From Gracilinanus agilis (taxonomy: Eukaryota), in assembly GCF_016433145.1 (NCBI RefSeq), contig NC_058131.1, positions 619,825,550-619,889,549 on the forward strand: 64,000 bases of DNA, given 5' to 3'. A program made the position numbers and the translations under genes. Shown here one piece after another: positions 43,633 to 64,000 of the stretch. Below the pieces are notes generated by a model that had not been told where the DNA came from, searched no databases, and worked only from the letters and a program-made list of their open reading frames with translations. The first letter of the stretch is position 1, and every line of letters starts with the position of its first letter.

Positions 43633-46424
43633 TCACACTTCTCCTGAGCCACCTGGTGGCAGCACCTGATATTTAAGAAGAAGGAAAGGGTGGTAAGCTC
43701 TCTAACTTTACCCAGTCAGAAAGTGGACCTACTAAATAAAGACAGTGGCTCTACCCATTCTGACTCCCATATACACACCTCTGACTGCTGCCTACCTGGA
43801 GATCTGAGGCATCCAGTTTGGCTGGCTGTCCATTAGTTTCCCTTCTGGACAAAACTGGCCTTGTGTCCCTCTCTCTGGCTGCTGCCTCCAAGTCTTCCAT
43901 GGTTCCAGAGGACCTCTCAATCAGAGAAGGAGCTAGGCTTCTTTCTCTGACATTTCCATTCTGTACAGGGGGACTAGATAGGACGTCAGCCTCTGGTCCT
44001 GATGCTGGAAGTCTTTCTGTGGCAGAAGTCCCAGGTCCAATCTGCCCTCTCCCAGAATCCTGGCCTCCCCCTGGGTCCTGCCCACCACTGGAGCCCCAGC
44101 TTCTATCTGTGGGTGAGCCATCACGATGTTCATGCAGCCCAAATCTCTTCTCAATGTGTGTTACCCGGAACCTGGAGGGAGGATGATATATTGTGCCTCA
44201 GGAATGTTAGAGCTTCTCTGAACCCTTTCCCCCTGCTCCCAACACCACCTCCCCCCAGCCCCATTTGCTGTCATCTGATACATTCTGACAGTAGAGGAAA
44301 TCTCAAGATAGGTGAGTCTTGGAATTTAACTCCAACCCCTAAGAGCACTCCCTGGCTGTAAACGCTCCTTTCTCCCTACCTTCCAGGCAGGTAATTCTAA
44401 GGGAAACATGAATACAGTTCCCTGCCAGTCCAGTTGTCTTAGAAAGATGTACCACCTGAATGGGAGGCCCTGACCTCTGGCCTCCTTCTCTTTGGGTACC
44501 CCATCCATACCTGCCCACAGAGAACACTGTGGTCTCCCCTGGCCTAGTACGGCCTTTGCCCTCTTTGGAGCGGCCCTGTCGGACGAGAGGTGGTCTCTTG
44601 TTTCGGCTGCAGTGGATACAAGGGGCAGCTGAGCCCAGGTGAACTGTATGGTGGTGAGACGGAGTCCCATCTTGCAGGCTAGGAGCACCATCAAGGCTGG
44701 GGGAATATAGGAGAATCCTTTTCACCCTTACGTTTGTATTTCTCTTATCCTGCCATCTTTGTACCTGGGTACCTTTCATCAAAATTATGAAATTTGGGTT
44801 CCTGCCTTCCCTAATTCTCTTTTCAGTGTGTATATCTGCATCCCTTCCCTGCCCCTCTATCTTTCTATCTGCCCTATTCTCCCCTAAATCTCATTCACAT
44901 TATGGTGCTAGTGATAATGTCCAAAGATGCCACAAAGAATGAAGGGGGAGTACATTTAGGTGCCTTGGTGGATAGAAAGCCAGGTTTGGATTCAGAGGGA
45001 TTGGGGTTCAAATCTGGCCCCAGACATTTGCTGACTGTGTGACCATGGGCAAGTCACTTGACCCCCATTGCTTAGCCCTTACTGATCTGCCTTGGAACTA
45101 ATACTTAGTATTGATTCTAAGATGGAAAATACAGATTTTAAAAAAAGAATGAATGGTAGGATTCAGGCAGTGACACTTGGATAGCAAGTTATCTATTTAG
45201 GAGCAGTCTTCTGGGTGCCCCTCAAATTATACCATTTAACTGATTAAGTAGTGATTTTTGCAGGGGTTGGCAATTAAGGGGAAGATGTTTTCCTGACCAA
45301 AATTTGGTCCCATTTTTTGGCTCCATACTTTCAGCTCACCTGGACAGCTGTACTGTTGCCTCACCTTCACTGTCCCCAAGCATCTCTTTCAAAGCCTCGG
45401 CATTGGCTGTGAAAGAGAAGTGGCAAGAGGATGTCATGGATGTAGAGATGGGGCAGAAGGTTGAAGCGCAGACACCAATAAGCATTTACCTTCATTTTGG
45501 ATGATGCACTGCACAATCCGTTCCACTGTGTCCTCATTCATATCCTCATCATCCGCTGTGGAGGTGAGGAAATGTGCCAACTTTAGGGATAGGGCAATTG
45601 AGGCCAACCCAATGTCACTGGCCTGAGGAATTCCTTTGATCTTCAAGACCATCTTGTTTGGTTCCCTAGCAGCTCTGGCAGCTCAAGATCAGTGACTATC
45701 ATAGATTGTAGCTTTAGAGCTGTAAGGTACTTTAGAGGCCATAGAGTATAATCCCTTCATTTTATAGAGAGGGAAATTGAGTCACCGAGGTGAGGTGGGA
45801 AGGAGTTTGCCAAAGGTCAGCAAGGATAGTGTTCTCTTTATCCTGCCCCCTTTCTCCTTTCCCAGGGATTCTGTTTCAGCCTACCCTAAGATGAAATTAT
45901 CAGGGTCCCAAAATAATTGACTGGGGCCCCAGAGTCACTGTGATTTTTACCTAGTAGTTACTGAACTCACTGCACTGTCCCCCAAATTAAATTGCAAAAA
46001 CTACCCCTGATTTATGTTCCTAAAATATGATCACTGAGTTCTGGGCAGCAGGGGAACAAAAGGGGATGGAAATCCCTCTGCTGCTAGAGAAGCACTGGGG
46101 TTTTCATACACCCACCAGGAGTAGGAGAGAAGACACCTGTATAAGGTACACTGAGTATTAGTGAGGTGTGCAGATGTGTGTGGGACACAAAAATAAAAGA
46201 TGACTTGTCCCTTGTGATGGGGCTGCCCTTCTTCCACACTCACGTGGCTGGAGCTGGGCATCCTCAGGCTCTGAGCCTCTTGATGTCCGACAGCGATAAC
46301 CCTTCTTCTTGAGTACATGGCAGATCATGAACCCCACGAGGCCCATGAGAAAGAAGACCAGCACGAGAAGGAACAGCATGTACAGCCCATGTTGGTGCTC
46401 GGCTCCTTGTTGCAATTCCGACAT
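43633..46424 (-). CDS. RELL2: RELT-like protein 2, complete (302 aa)
   Basis: Exons (minus): 46244-46424, 45490-45555, 45340-45406, 44511-44696, 43796-44171, 43633-43665; 909 nt. TM segment LYMLFLLVLVFFLMGLVGFMICHVLKKKGYRC, plus EDTVERIVQCIIQNE and GETTVFSVGRFRVTHIE. Confidence 0.95.
44945..45150 (+). mobile_element. Diverged marsupial SINE in RELL2 intron
   Basis: ttaggtgccttggtggatag...ggggttcaaatctggccccagacatt...gggcaagtcacttgacccccattgcttagccctta. Confidence 0.75.
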
Positions 46425-46829
46425 ATGGCCCTGGGGGGCGGGCTGAGCTGGGGTCAGGGCCCCAAAGAGGGATGGGAGTCAAGGGGAGAGCAGTGAATTC
46501 CATGTTTGGACCCCTACCGGGAGTCCTCCCCAGGATCCTCCAGAGACCAGTCCTCCAGTAAATCTAGAACTCTTTCCCCACTCAGCCTAGGCGCTGTCCA
46601 GAGAATAAGTGCTAGTCTGCCAGGCCCCAGGGCACCTGGTTTAGGGGTTGCAAGTTGTTTTCTATACTCCTAATCCAACCTCCATCCCTCTTCCCTTTGA
46701 TCTCTTCCTTCCCTTCCTTCTCTCTGCATACACATACCCTACTCGTTCCCCATCCTCATTCTTCTCAAGGACACTGTCGCTCAAAACTGGACGGAGCTCT
46801 ATGATGCCATCCTGGACATAGTCTGAGTC

Positions 46830-55306
<8,477 letters not shown>

Positions 55307-55884
55307 AGCCTGAAGAGATTCTGCTCCACAGAGTTACCTCCCACTTGAGGGCTGGGCAGGTGGCAAGAAGAGTGACCTTTCCTGTTCAACTTTCTCTACC
55401 CTGGGTCTTTGCCATCCATCTGGGGGGAAAAAGTTCAAAGACTGATATTGGTCCCAGAACCTACTTACTCCCCCTCCAATCTCTTTCTCTCCAAGCCTGA
55501 GGCGATAATTGTTGGACAGGGAATGAGGGACAGCTCTGACTTGGGGTTACAAGGCCAGCTCCCTTAGGCAGGTCAGAGAGGTCAAGTGATCCTGGTTGGG
55601 GGGAGGCCCAGTTCCTTGGTTTGCCCCTTGTTCTCAGACCCCTGTCTCTTCTTGATAAAGGTATTTTCAGGACTGAGGGGTGGATAATATTGAAGGTATC
55701 TTTTTATTCCCAGCCATACTGTGCCCCCTTTTACACTTTAATTTGGAAGTAGAAAGAGACCAAGGGAGAATTGCCATTTGTTTCCTACCATATGAGTCCC
55801 TTATGATTGGAAAAGAGGGAGTATAGAGGGGTTTCATGTTCTACCTTTTCATATTTTATGCCCATTTTACCATTGTTTTTATCC

Positions 55885-55890
55885 AATAAA
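55885..55890 (+). terminator. HDAC3: HDAC3 polyadenylation signal
   Basis: AATAAA about 580 nt after the stop, followed by U-rich sequence. Confidence 0.7.
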
Positions 55891-56489
55891 TTGAGTCAGT
55901 ATTTTTCTTATCTACTGCTTTCTTCCTAAAAATTTGGCATTTCCTTCAAATGCTGCTTTCGTCTTATTGGGACTATGGGGGTGGGAGGGGAGTTGAGGAT
56001 ACAGTTCAATTCATCCAGGGGTGAGAGTTCAGGAGTCTACTTCCTACTTCATTTCACTGAATCCCTGGTCCTTTCTCAGGCCTGCAGTACTTTATTAGCT
56101 CAGGATATGGACCTGGGCTGTCAAGGTGCTGGTAACCCCACCTGCTGGCCCCCTTATGAACTTGGACTCTGGTAGGCTTGGGGTTTCTGAGGTTGTTGGC
56201 CTTATGACACAACGAGCTGGGCCATAGCTCTAGGGATGGTTTACCTACTGCTTATCCTGGCTGACCTCGCTAGAGGTGGGGCAGGGGAAGCACCATGAAC
56301 ATCCCCTGTTCCAAAGGCCTCCCGCCTCCGGCAGAAGGCTGATTCCCCTTGTTCTCCCTGACAGCCACATCTATGCTGGGAAATGGGGAACTAAAAAAGT
56401 TTGCGGTTCTGTCGGAGGCCCAGCAGAGGGCGTTGTTCCTAGTTCTGGACCCCTCAACTTCCTCCCTACTAAATTGGGCTTAATGGTTG

Positions 56490-56707
56490 GGTCCATCGGG
56501 CAGGTAGAGAGTTGAAGCGGTCGTCACCCCCAGGTTCAGTTCGCTGTTGGTAGGCACCGCGCGGAAGTGTGGCAGGCTAGGGAGCTCTGGGCCGTCTCTA
56601 CTTGATATTCATGAGGCGCGCGCATCTCGGCATGTTAATGAGTTCGGGGAAGGCGGGGGACTGAGAGGCGCTGGGCGGCGGCGGCGGCAGCGCGCGGGCG
56701 GCGAGGA
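56490..56707 (+). promoter_or_regulatory. CpG island cut by gap; position expected for the DIAPH1 promoter by human synteny
   Basis: Sharp rise in CpG (gcgcgcgc, ggcggcggcggcggcagcgcgcgggcggcg) about 0.7 kb past the HDAC3 poly(A) signal. No coding sequence is visible, so the identity is inferred only. Confidence 0.55.
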
Positions 56708-57207
56708 NNNNNNNNNNNNNNNNNNNNNNNNNNNNNNNNNNNNNNNNNNNNNNNNNNNNNNNNNNNNNNNNNNNNNNNNNNNNNNNNNNNNNNNNNNNNN
56801 NNNNNNNNNNNNNNNNNNNNNNNNNNNNNNNNNNNNNNNNNNNNNNNNNNNNNNNNNNNNNNNNNNNNNNNNNNNNNNNNNNNNNNNNNNNNNNNNNNNN
56901 NNNNNNNNNNNNNNNNNNNNNNNNNNNNNNNNNNNNNNNNNNNNNNNNNNNNNNNNNNNNNNNNNNNNNNNNNNNNNNNNNNNNNNNNNNNNNNNNNNNN
57001 NNNNNNNNNNNNNNNNNNNNNNNNNNNNNNNNNNNNNNNNNNNNNNNNNNNNNNNNNNNNNNNNNNNNNNNNNNNNNNNNNNNNNNNNNNNNNNNNNNNN
57101 NNNNNNNNNNNNNNNNNNNNNNNNNNNNNNNNNNNNNNNNNNNNNNNNNNNNNNNNNNNNNNNNNNNNNNNNNNNNNNNNNNNNNNNNNNNNNNNNNNNN
57201 NNNNNNN
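56708..57207. other. Fixed-size 500-N scaffold gap
   Basis: Exactly 500 N, right flank starts in (GGAA)n. Confidence 0.99.
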
Positions 57208-57250
57208 GGAAGGAAGGAAGGAAGGAAGGAAGGAAGGAAGGAAGGAAGGA
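57208..57250. repeat. (GGAA)n microsatellite
   Basis: About 10 GGAA units at the contig edge. Confidence 0.95.
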
Positions 57251-58749
57251 GTATAAATAAAACATTATAAAAGTATTCAAAAGAGAACACATGGAGGTTT
57301 GACAAATGACTCAGAATAAGCTGAGCAATCTTGTTTCTTTAATATTACATTTGATTTAAAAATTAAAGCAAACAATATGAAACAAAATTTTATAATATGA
57401 TATATATACATATATAGTCCTTTTGTCTGTTTTTGTATATTAAAATGCCTATTTATGTTTCTTCGATTAATTTTGTTAAAAAGACAATCAAGAATGTAGT
57501 AACTGAGTATATCCTTGAAAGATGGATAGGATCTGGACAGGTGAGCTAAGGGCAGAAAATTAGATGAACATCCCTTCCCACAGTCAACCCCAAAAGCAAA
57601 TAATTACACCAAAGAAGACCAACACATCATCATCAGAAGATTATCCAGTAGGATGACAGACATCTCATGACCCTTAGCACAGGAGAAGCTACCTAGAAGT
57701 GGCACGCAAGCAGATGGTAGCACAAAATACAAGGTAGTAGAGGTTTCAAAGAAGCAGAAGGAATAAATTCCACATAGGCACCTTGGAGCAATGTTATCAT
57801 CTGTCTAGAGTGAATAGTTGGTTAGTGGATAGGAACATTTATTAAGTACTTACTATGTACCACATATGTGGCATTGGGTATACAAAGAAAAGCAAAAAAC
57901 AAAAACAGTCTACACCTTAAAAGAAATGTCTTCTAATTTAGGTGAAAACATAAATAGGTACATACAAGATATATACAGGGTAGTTAGAAAGTAATCTGAA
58001 AGATGAACAGCAAAAGACCCCAGTTTGGTGGAGAAAGGCAATTACCCAATGAGATCACCAAAGAAAATCAGTAGTTCTATAGCATCAAAGATTTGATTTG
58101 ACCCAGCCAGATTCATATGAGTCCAACCACATGTGTTACTTATGTATGTACCTCAACATGTATGTTCTGTGATAACATATTCCTTGTATGTGCTCTCTCC
58201 CCTATTCATGATCTGGTAGCCTGTGTAGTGTTTCATATAATAGATTAAATCTTTCAGTGCTGTTTAATTGTCTTATGTTGAACTGCTTCATCTTTAGGTT
58301 GAGTGGTAAAAGAAATATATTTGGTGGCTCACGAGGAATGGTTTTAAATGAATGCTGATCCATACCTACAGTATACCTCAAAGAAATGATGGTATATAGG
58401 AGTGGGGGCTCTGTCTTCTTTGTAGTAGTAGAGGACATAGCAGGTTCTATGTAGTAACAGAGAATGCAGAGTAACCCAGGAATAGAGTCCTCTTAAAAAA
58501 ATAAAAATAAAAAGGAACCTTTCATAATTCTTAACTGTCTTCTGGAACAGTGCATTTCAAAGTGAAATCAATAAGGTTATCAATATCAATCATCCAATCA
58601 ACATGCACTTATTAAGTTTTTGTTATGTATCAGGAACTGGGCTAAACACTAGCTATATAAATGTAAGATGCTGTCCCCTTTAACATGGAGATGTTATAGT
58701 TATTTAAAGGGGTAGAAAAGGCATGTTTGTATGAATGAAATGAATTAAA

Positions 58750-59900
58750 AATCCACTTACGAAGAAACACAGCCCTTCAGAAAAATGTTAGAGGGAGATA
58801 TAGACTGTTCTGAAAAGAAGACTCCTCAGATGAATATTCTAAGACCAGTTCGAAGAAAAAGCAATGACTGAAGGAATGTTGGCTGCAGGACATGGTATTC
58901 CATCATCTCATTTTCATATGATGATTCTCAGAGTTTAATAGCTTATAATTGAGAAATAGTATGTCAAATAGCTATTTGGAACATTATAAAAAGACTATTG
59001 GAGTCATACCAAAGAGAAAGGTAGAATTTTTGAATTTTGCATCATAAATTAGAAATGGGTGACTGCTTATGAGAAAGCACTAATCTGATACATTAGAAGC
59101 TGCTATGGGATACTCCAGGAAGAAAGTAGTAGCAGATAGGAAAAGGAAAAGAGGGGAAAACTGATATAAGAGAAGTCAGGGGCAGATGATGCAAGACCTA
59201 CTAAAAAGCTTCTTACAGAAGTCAGATTAGGGAAACTTATAGGAGTTGAGTTAGAAGAGAGAGCTGACAAGCTGAACAACCTCTTTAGTTGTCTAATAAA
59301 GCACGCTCTGGGTTCAGAACTCTAGTGTCATCTTCAACCTAGGAGAAAGGAAACTTCTCAGAGATAACTGTTACCCTCTACCTCACTTTCTGGGAGAGAG
59401 GGAGAAACAGTGGAGAAAAGACAGACTTTGCATTTATTTTGTTGAGAGAAAAGACTTGACTTCGCTTAAAGTCAATTAGACAAAGTAGAAGCCTCTGTCA
59501 TTGGAAAAATTTGTGGGTAAAGGGCTATATGGTCCTATCATTGTCTAAAGTTTAATGACGAGGAACTCCTCATAGCCTAAGAGCAGATATGAAGAGTTTG
59601 CTAGTTCACCATCTTAGGGGAACTGTTTGTTACTGAAAGATCATAACATTTCCTTAGCACTCTGCCACAGGTAGCTATGTGCTAAAAGAGTTTGTCACTG
59701 CTTCAGCAACCCAATAGTGGAAGAAAAGAGACTTTTTGCCTTTTGGAGAGCTGCGAGATCAGGGAACAGATGGCAGAAAAGTGGCTTTTTTTCCTAGTAG
59801 GTAACATATGGTGAGGAGTGTTCTCTAAAAAGACTTAGGACATCAAGAAGACCAGATATAAAGAGTCATGAATTGCCCTGGAAATATGGGTTTCTCCATT
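58750..59900. mobile_element. Ancient LINE remnant (RTE-X/L4-like, tentative)
   Basis: Degenerate coding-like composition with no open frame. Family assignment is from recollection only. Confidence 0.35.
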
Positions 59901-60222
59901 CATATTCTACCCTGCAAGATTTCAGTATTCCCATTCTACTCCACGGACATGGTGTGAATTTGCGGGTAAGTTTCATTCAGGTTTATGGATGAGCTATTAT
60001 ATTTTCATTATTCCTGATCAAATATTCTGAGTAAATGTTAAGATTCTTCCTGCTTCTTCCTTCTACTGAAGGGAAGTTATAATTATTCCTGCCTTTTCCT
60101 TCTAATATATAAATATTATAATTATTTCTAATTTAGTAAATTTTCCTGTCAGTCAACTAGCATTTTTTAAACACCTACAATGTGCCAGGGACTGTGCTAA
60201 ATATTGGTTAAGAGTCAATGCT

Positions 60223-60423
60223 GGGGGGCAGCTGGGTAGCTCAGTGGATTGAGAGCCAGGCCTAGAGATGGAAGGTCTTAGGTTCAAATCTGGCCTCAGG
60301 CACTTCCCATCTGGATGACCCTGGGCAAGTCTCTTGACCCCCATTGCCTACCCTTACCACTCTTCTGCCTTGGAGCCAATACACAGTATTGACTCCAAGA
60401 TGGAAGGTAAGGGTTTAAAAAAA
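60223..60423 (+). mobile_element. Young opossum SINE with 13-bp TSD
   Basis: TSD aagagtcaatgct at 60210-60222 and 60424-60436. Confidence 0.92.
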
Positions 60424-60439
60424 AAGAGTCAATGCTATT

Positions 60440-60640
60440 GGGGGCCAGCTAGGTGCCTCCATGGATTGAGAGCCAGACCCAGAGATGGGAGGTCCTGGGT
60501 TCAAATCTAGCCTCAGACACTTCCTAGCCATTTGATCATTGGCAAGTTACTTAACTCCCATTGCCTAATCCTTACAGTTCTTCTACTTTAGAATGTGACA
60601 GTATTGGTTCGAAGATAGAAGGCAAGGGTTCAAAAAAAAG
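60440..60640 (+). mobile_element. Older opossum SINE directly downstream
   Basis: gggggccagctaggtgcctccatggattgagagcc...gaaggcaagggttcaaaaaaaa. Confidence 0.85.
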
Positions 60641-61739
60641 TCAATGTTGCTACAGTGATTGATTCTATACAAATGGGAAATGCACTGCTGTTGTTCAAGA
60701 GCTACACTGATGAGTAGTAGGAGGATATATGTATCAGGATTAATCCCCATGAACTCTAAGAGAGAATTGAGTTGATTCTACATGGTTATGGCTAGTCCCA
60801 TTTGGGGAATAAAATCCATACCTGCCAGCACAAAGGAAAGTTGGGATAAGTGAGTCAGCCCCAAGAAAAAGAAAGAAGGTGTGGGTATCATGTCAGATGC
60901 CACAGAAAACGCAGTCCTTGGCTCAAAGGTATCACATTCTAAGGGGGATGGTATATAGAAAACCATACAAGAAAATTACAAAGCAGATGAAAGTAATCTG
61001 AGATGGGAAGGTAGTAACAGCCAAGTGAGAGGTTCTAAAAGGCTATTTGCTAGTGGGTGTCTGTGAATGGGATTCTTAATCATACTAGAAAGGTAAGCAA
61101 GACTAAGAAGGTAAGAAAGTGTTGAATTCATTATTTTACTACTCAAAATGCATCCATGTAAATTTAATAAAAGTGGGAGGAGTTCCTTTTTTGTAAACTT
61201 ATACTCCAGAATCAGTGTTAAAGCTCTAAGGGACCTTAGACACCAACTAATCCAATACCCTTATTTTACACATGATTTAACTGAAGTCAAGAGCCTTGGC
61301 CAGAATTTCATAGATCACTCAACACAAAACCTTACTGTAAAGCTAAGCTCCACAGGAAAAAGAGAACACGTCTTTAGTAAGCTCTGAATGTTCCTCAGCG
61401 CCTTGCACTTAGCAGGAGCTTAATAGATGTGCCATGAATAAATGAATGCCTCGTGAAAAGAGAGTATTCCTGTCATTCTCATCTTGTTCTTTGCCATCCT
61501 TATTGTCCACCCCAGAGATCTATCATGTTTTTCTCTGCCCAAGAATTGGAAATGATAAAGTTAGTCTATGTGCCAAAGAGAAGGCTTAAGAACACATCTC
61601 CCAGAAGAGTTCCACTGGGTTTTTTTTTTAATAATCAGGAGTTGGCCCATGTTGGCCCATGCATCAGAAAATTTGGGAGCCCAATTTTTAAGAATCATGA
61701 TGATATTTTTGTAAGAGCACAGAACTTTGTACAAAAACC

Positions 61740-62170
61740 TGGTTTTTAAGTCATAGCTTTGACACTCACTAGATAGAAGACCATGAATAAGGCATTTCAC
61801 TTCTCTGAAACTCAGTTTCATCTTCTCTAAAATGGGAATAATAGTAATTACCATAATTATTTCATCAAGATATTATGAAGCACTTTGAAGACCTTTAAGT
61901 AAAGAAGGGAAAAAGAATAAGCATTTATATAGTCCCCACTATATGCCAGGCATTTGTTGTGTGTGAGGTTTTTTTTTTTAATAAATAGTATCACATTTGA
62001 TCCTTACAACAACCCTGCAAAATAAGTGCTATTATTATCCCCATTTTATAATTGAGGAAACTGAGACAAAGAGAAGTTAAGTGCCTTTCTCAGGGTCACA
62101 AAACTAGCAAACCTCTGAGGCCAAGTTTGAATAGCTTTTCCTGACTCTGATCTATTCATTGCACCACCAA
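61740..62170. mobile_element. Back-to-back MIR fragments
   Basis: ctcagtttcatcttctctaaaatggga (+), then cccattttataattgaggaaactgagac (-). Confidence 0.65.
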
Positions 62171-63734
62171 CTAACTATCTTTGGTACATAAATGTGAACA
62201 ATTATTGTTAAGAAGTTGGTTCCATTTAGAATCTTAGAAAAATCGTCTCTAAATTATCTTTAAGAAGCTCCTTGTCTGTTTTCTGAAAGCCCTGACTTTG
62301 TTTATCTCATAATACCTGATTGGATCACAGCCCAAATTATAAAAGCCCCAGGTAAAAAGAAAGGGTCAACAATAGGTCTAATAATAAAAACAGCATCAAC
62401 CATCATAGCTAATCCCCTATTTAATGTTGATAGCTCATTTCTAAGGAGGAATAATTAGGATAAAGGCAGTTTCAACATCTAGTCTAAAAAATATCATTTC
62501 TTTTTAAGAGGGAAGCTTTTCCTTTGAATCTGCTGGAATATACTCCAATTATGCAGCCAGCATCACTGAAAAAGCTAATTAGAAAATGTATCAGTATTTA
62601 GGCACATTCCTTTCAATGCCTTTTCACAAATGGTTTTCATTTGAAAAGAGATCATTTTTGGACTCTAATTAGAGACTTGATCCTTGTCGATAAGGAAGAA
62701 CAAAAATGGAGGCCTGTGGAGCGGAAAAACAAATTCTATCAGTAAACGTTTTACGAGAGGCCTAAAAAAAGGGAACCCACAAATGAAGCATTCGTCTGTC
62801 TTAATCCGGCCAGCAGATTGACAAAATTCAAATTGCTCCAAATGCTGAAAGGATGGCTCCCTGCTTGTTTTCCTACTGCGCAATGTTTTCAAGCTCTTTA
62901 ATTTCCATTTACTGGGGAAGAATTGATTTCTCACATTTGCAGAATCTCTGCAAGCAGCAATGGCCTTGTACTTAGATCACATTAATTGTTTTGATGATTG
63001 AGTTGTAACTTCTATAATCTTTAAGTCTTTCCTGGGTAGGCTTGAATCCACAGAGGCAGGGTGGTATGGTGACAACAGCACAAGACTGGGAGTCAGAATG
63101 TCTGGGTTCTTTTCTTAGCTTTAATTAATTAGATGACTCCAGATAAGTCATCTCACCTCTCTGAGCCTCAGTTTCTTCCCTCTTTCAAATGAAAGGGCTA
63201 TCTTTTAGCTCTTTTTGAATCCTCAGGGCTTAGCACAGTGCCTGGAACATAGTAGGCTCTCGATAAATGTTTATTGAATTAAACTCAACTGAATCTAAGA
63301 TCCCTGCTGGCTATAAAAATTTACTTATAAGAACAAGTTCTTAACATTTAAAATGTCAGGAAGAGGATTTCCATTATTTGACCCTTATATTATCAAGACA
63401 TAAAGCAGAGTGCCTAAAAGTGTTCATCACTGTCATGGATCATGCCCTACACAGACTCTAAATGAAAGAAGTATCCTCTACAGACAGTCAAGTCTTCTAG
63501 ATATTCCTATTTGTAGATGGCAGGTTGTTGATTACAATGAGAAGAAGAAGAAAAACAATATGACCAACATTTCAAGATTTCCAAAGTACAATCTCCAGGG
63601 CAAGATATAAAGATACTCAAAAGAGATCTGCATAGCACAAGTAGTTGAAAATATATATTGTGAGTGTGGACTATAGAACATGAAAGTGGATGAAAAAGAA
63701 TATATATATTAGATAATATATGTGTGTGTGGATG

Positions 63735-63968
63735 ATGTTGTTTAGTCATTTCAGTCATTTCCAACTTTTTGACTGCATTTCTACTTTTCTTGGCAAAGAT
63801 ACTGGAAAGAGTTGCCATTTTTCTACTCCATTTCATATTATAGATGAGGATACTGAGGCAAAGAGATTTAAGTGACTTACCCAGGATCACACAGCTGGGA
63901 AATATCTGAAAACAAATTTGAACTCAGGTCTTCCTGAGTCTAGGCTCTGAACTGTACCACCTAGCTGT
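63735..63968 (-). mobile_element. Mar1-like CORE-SINE with RTE-type tail
   Basis: gttgtttagtcatttcagtc...ttggcaaagatactggaaagagttgccattt...gaggatactgaggc...atttgaactcaggtcttcctgag...ctagctgtc. Confidence 0.7.
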
Positions 63969-63976
63969 CTACTCAC

Positions 63977-64000
63977 AAACACACACACACACACACACAC
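63977..64000. repeat. (CA)n microsatellite
   Basis: acacac... to the window end. Confidence 0.9.

Overview
Eukaryotic (mammalian) genomic DNA, almost certainly from a didelphid opossum, judged by multiple copies of the opossum-type SINE (ggggcagctgggtagctcagtggattgagagccaggcctagag...). Three gaps of exactly 500 N (9289-9788, 25420-25919, 56708-57207) split the window into four blocks. Block A (1-9288) is AT-rich, intron-like DNA with repeats and one orphan candidate exon. Block B (9789-25419) holds EMX2 exons 1-2 (minus strand, exon 3 absent) and about 9.5 kb of upstream regulatory DNA. Block C (25920-56707) holds the 3' part of ARAP3 (+), complete FCHSD1 (+, 20 coding exons, 690 aa), RELL2 (-, 6 coding exons, 302 aa) and HDAC3 (+, 15 exons, 428 aa), then a truncated CpG island where the DIAPH1 promoter is expected by human synteny. 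Block D (57208-64000) is repeat-rich non-coding DNA. I found no new protein family or new biological system. The largest anomaly, EMX2 beside the ARAP3-HDAC3 cluster, coincides with a fixed-size scaffold gap and is probably an assembly join. The most promising biological leads are smaller: a back-to-back poly(A) signal shared by FCHSD1 and RELL2, a CTCF-like motif carried by a hAT MITE inserted at an ARAP3 splice donor, two FCHSD1 exons that begin with a donor consensus (CAG|GTAAGC), and marsupial-versus-human differences in EMX2 (short polyalanine) and ARAP3 (single PVYEE motif). Exon coordinates were read by hand, and human comparisons are from memory.
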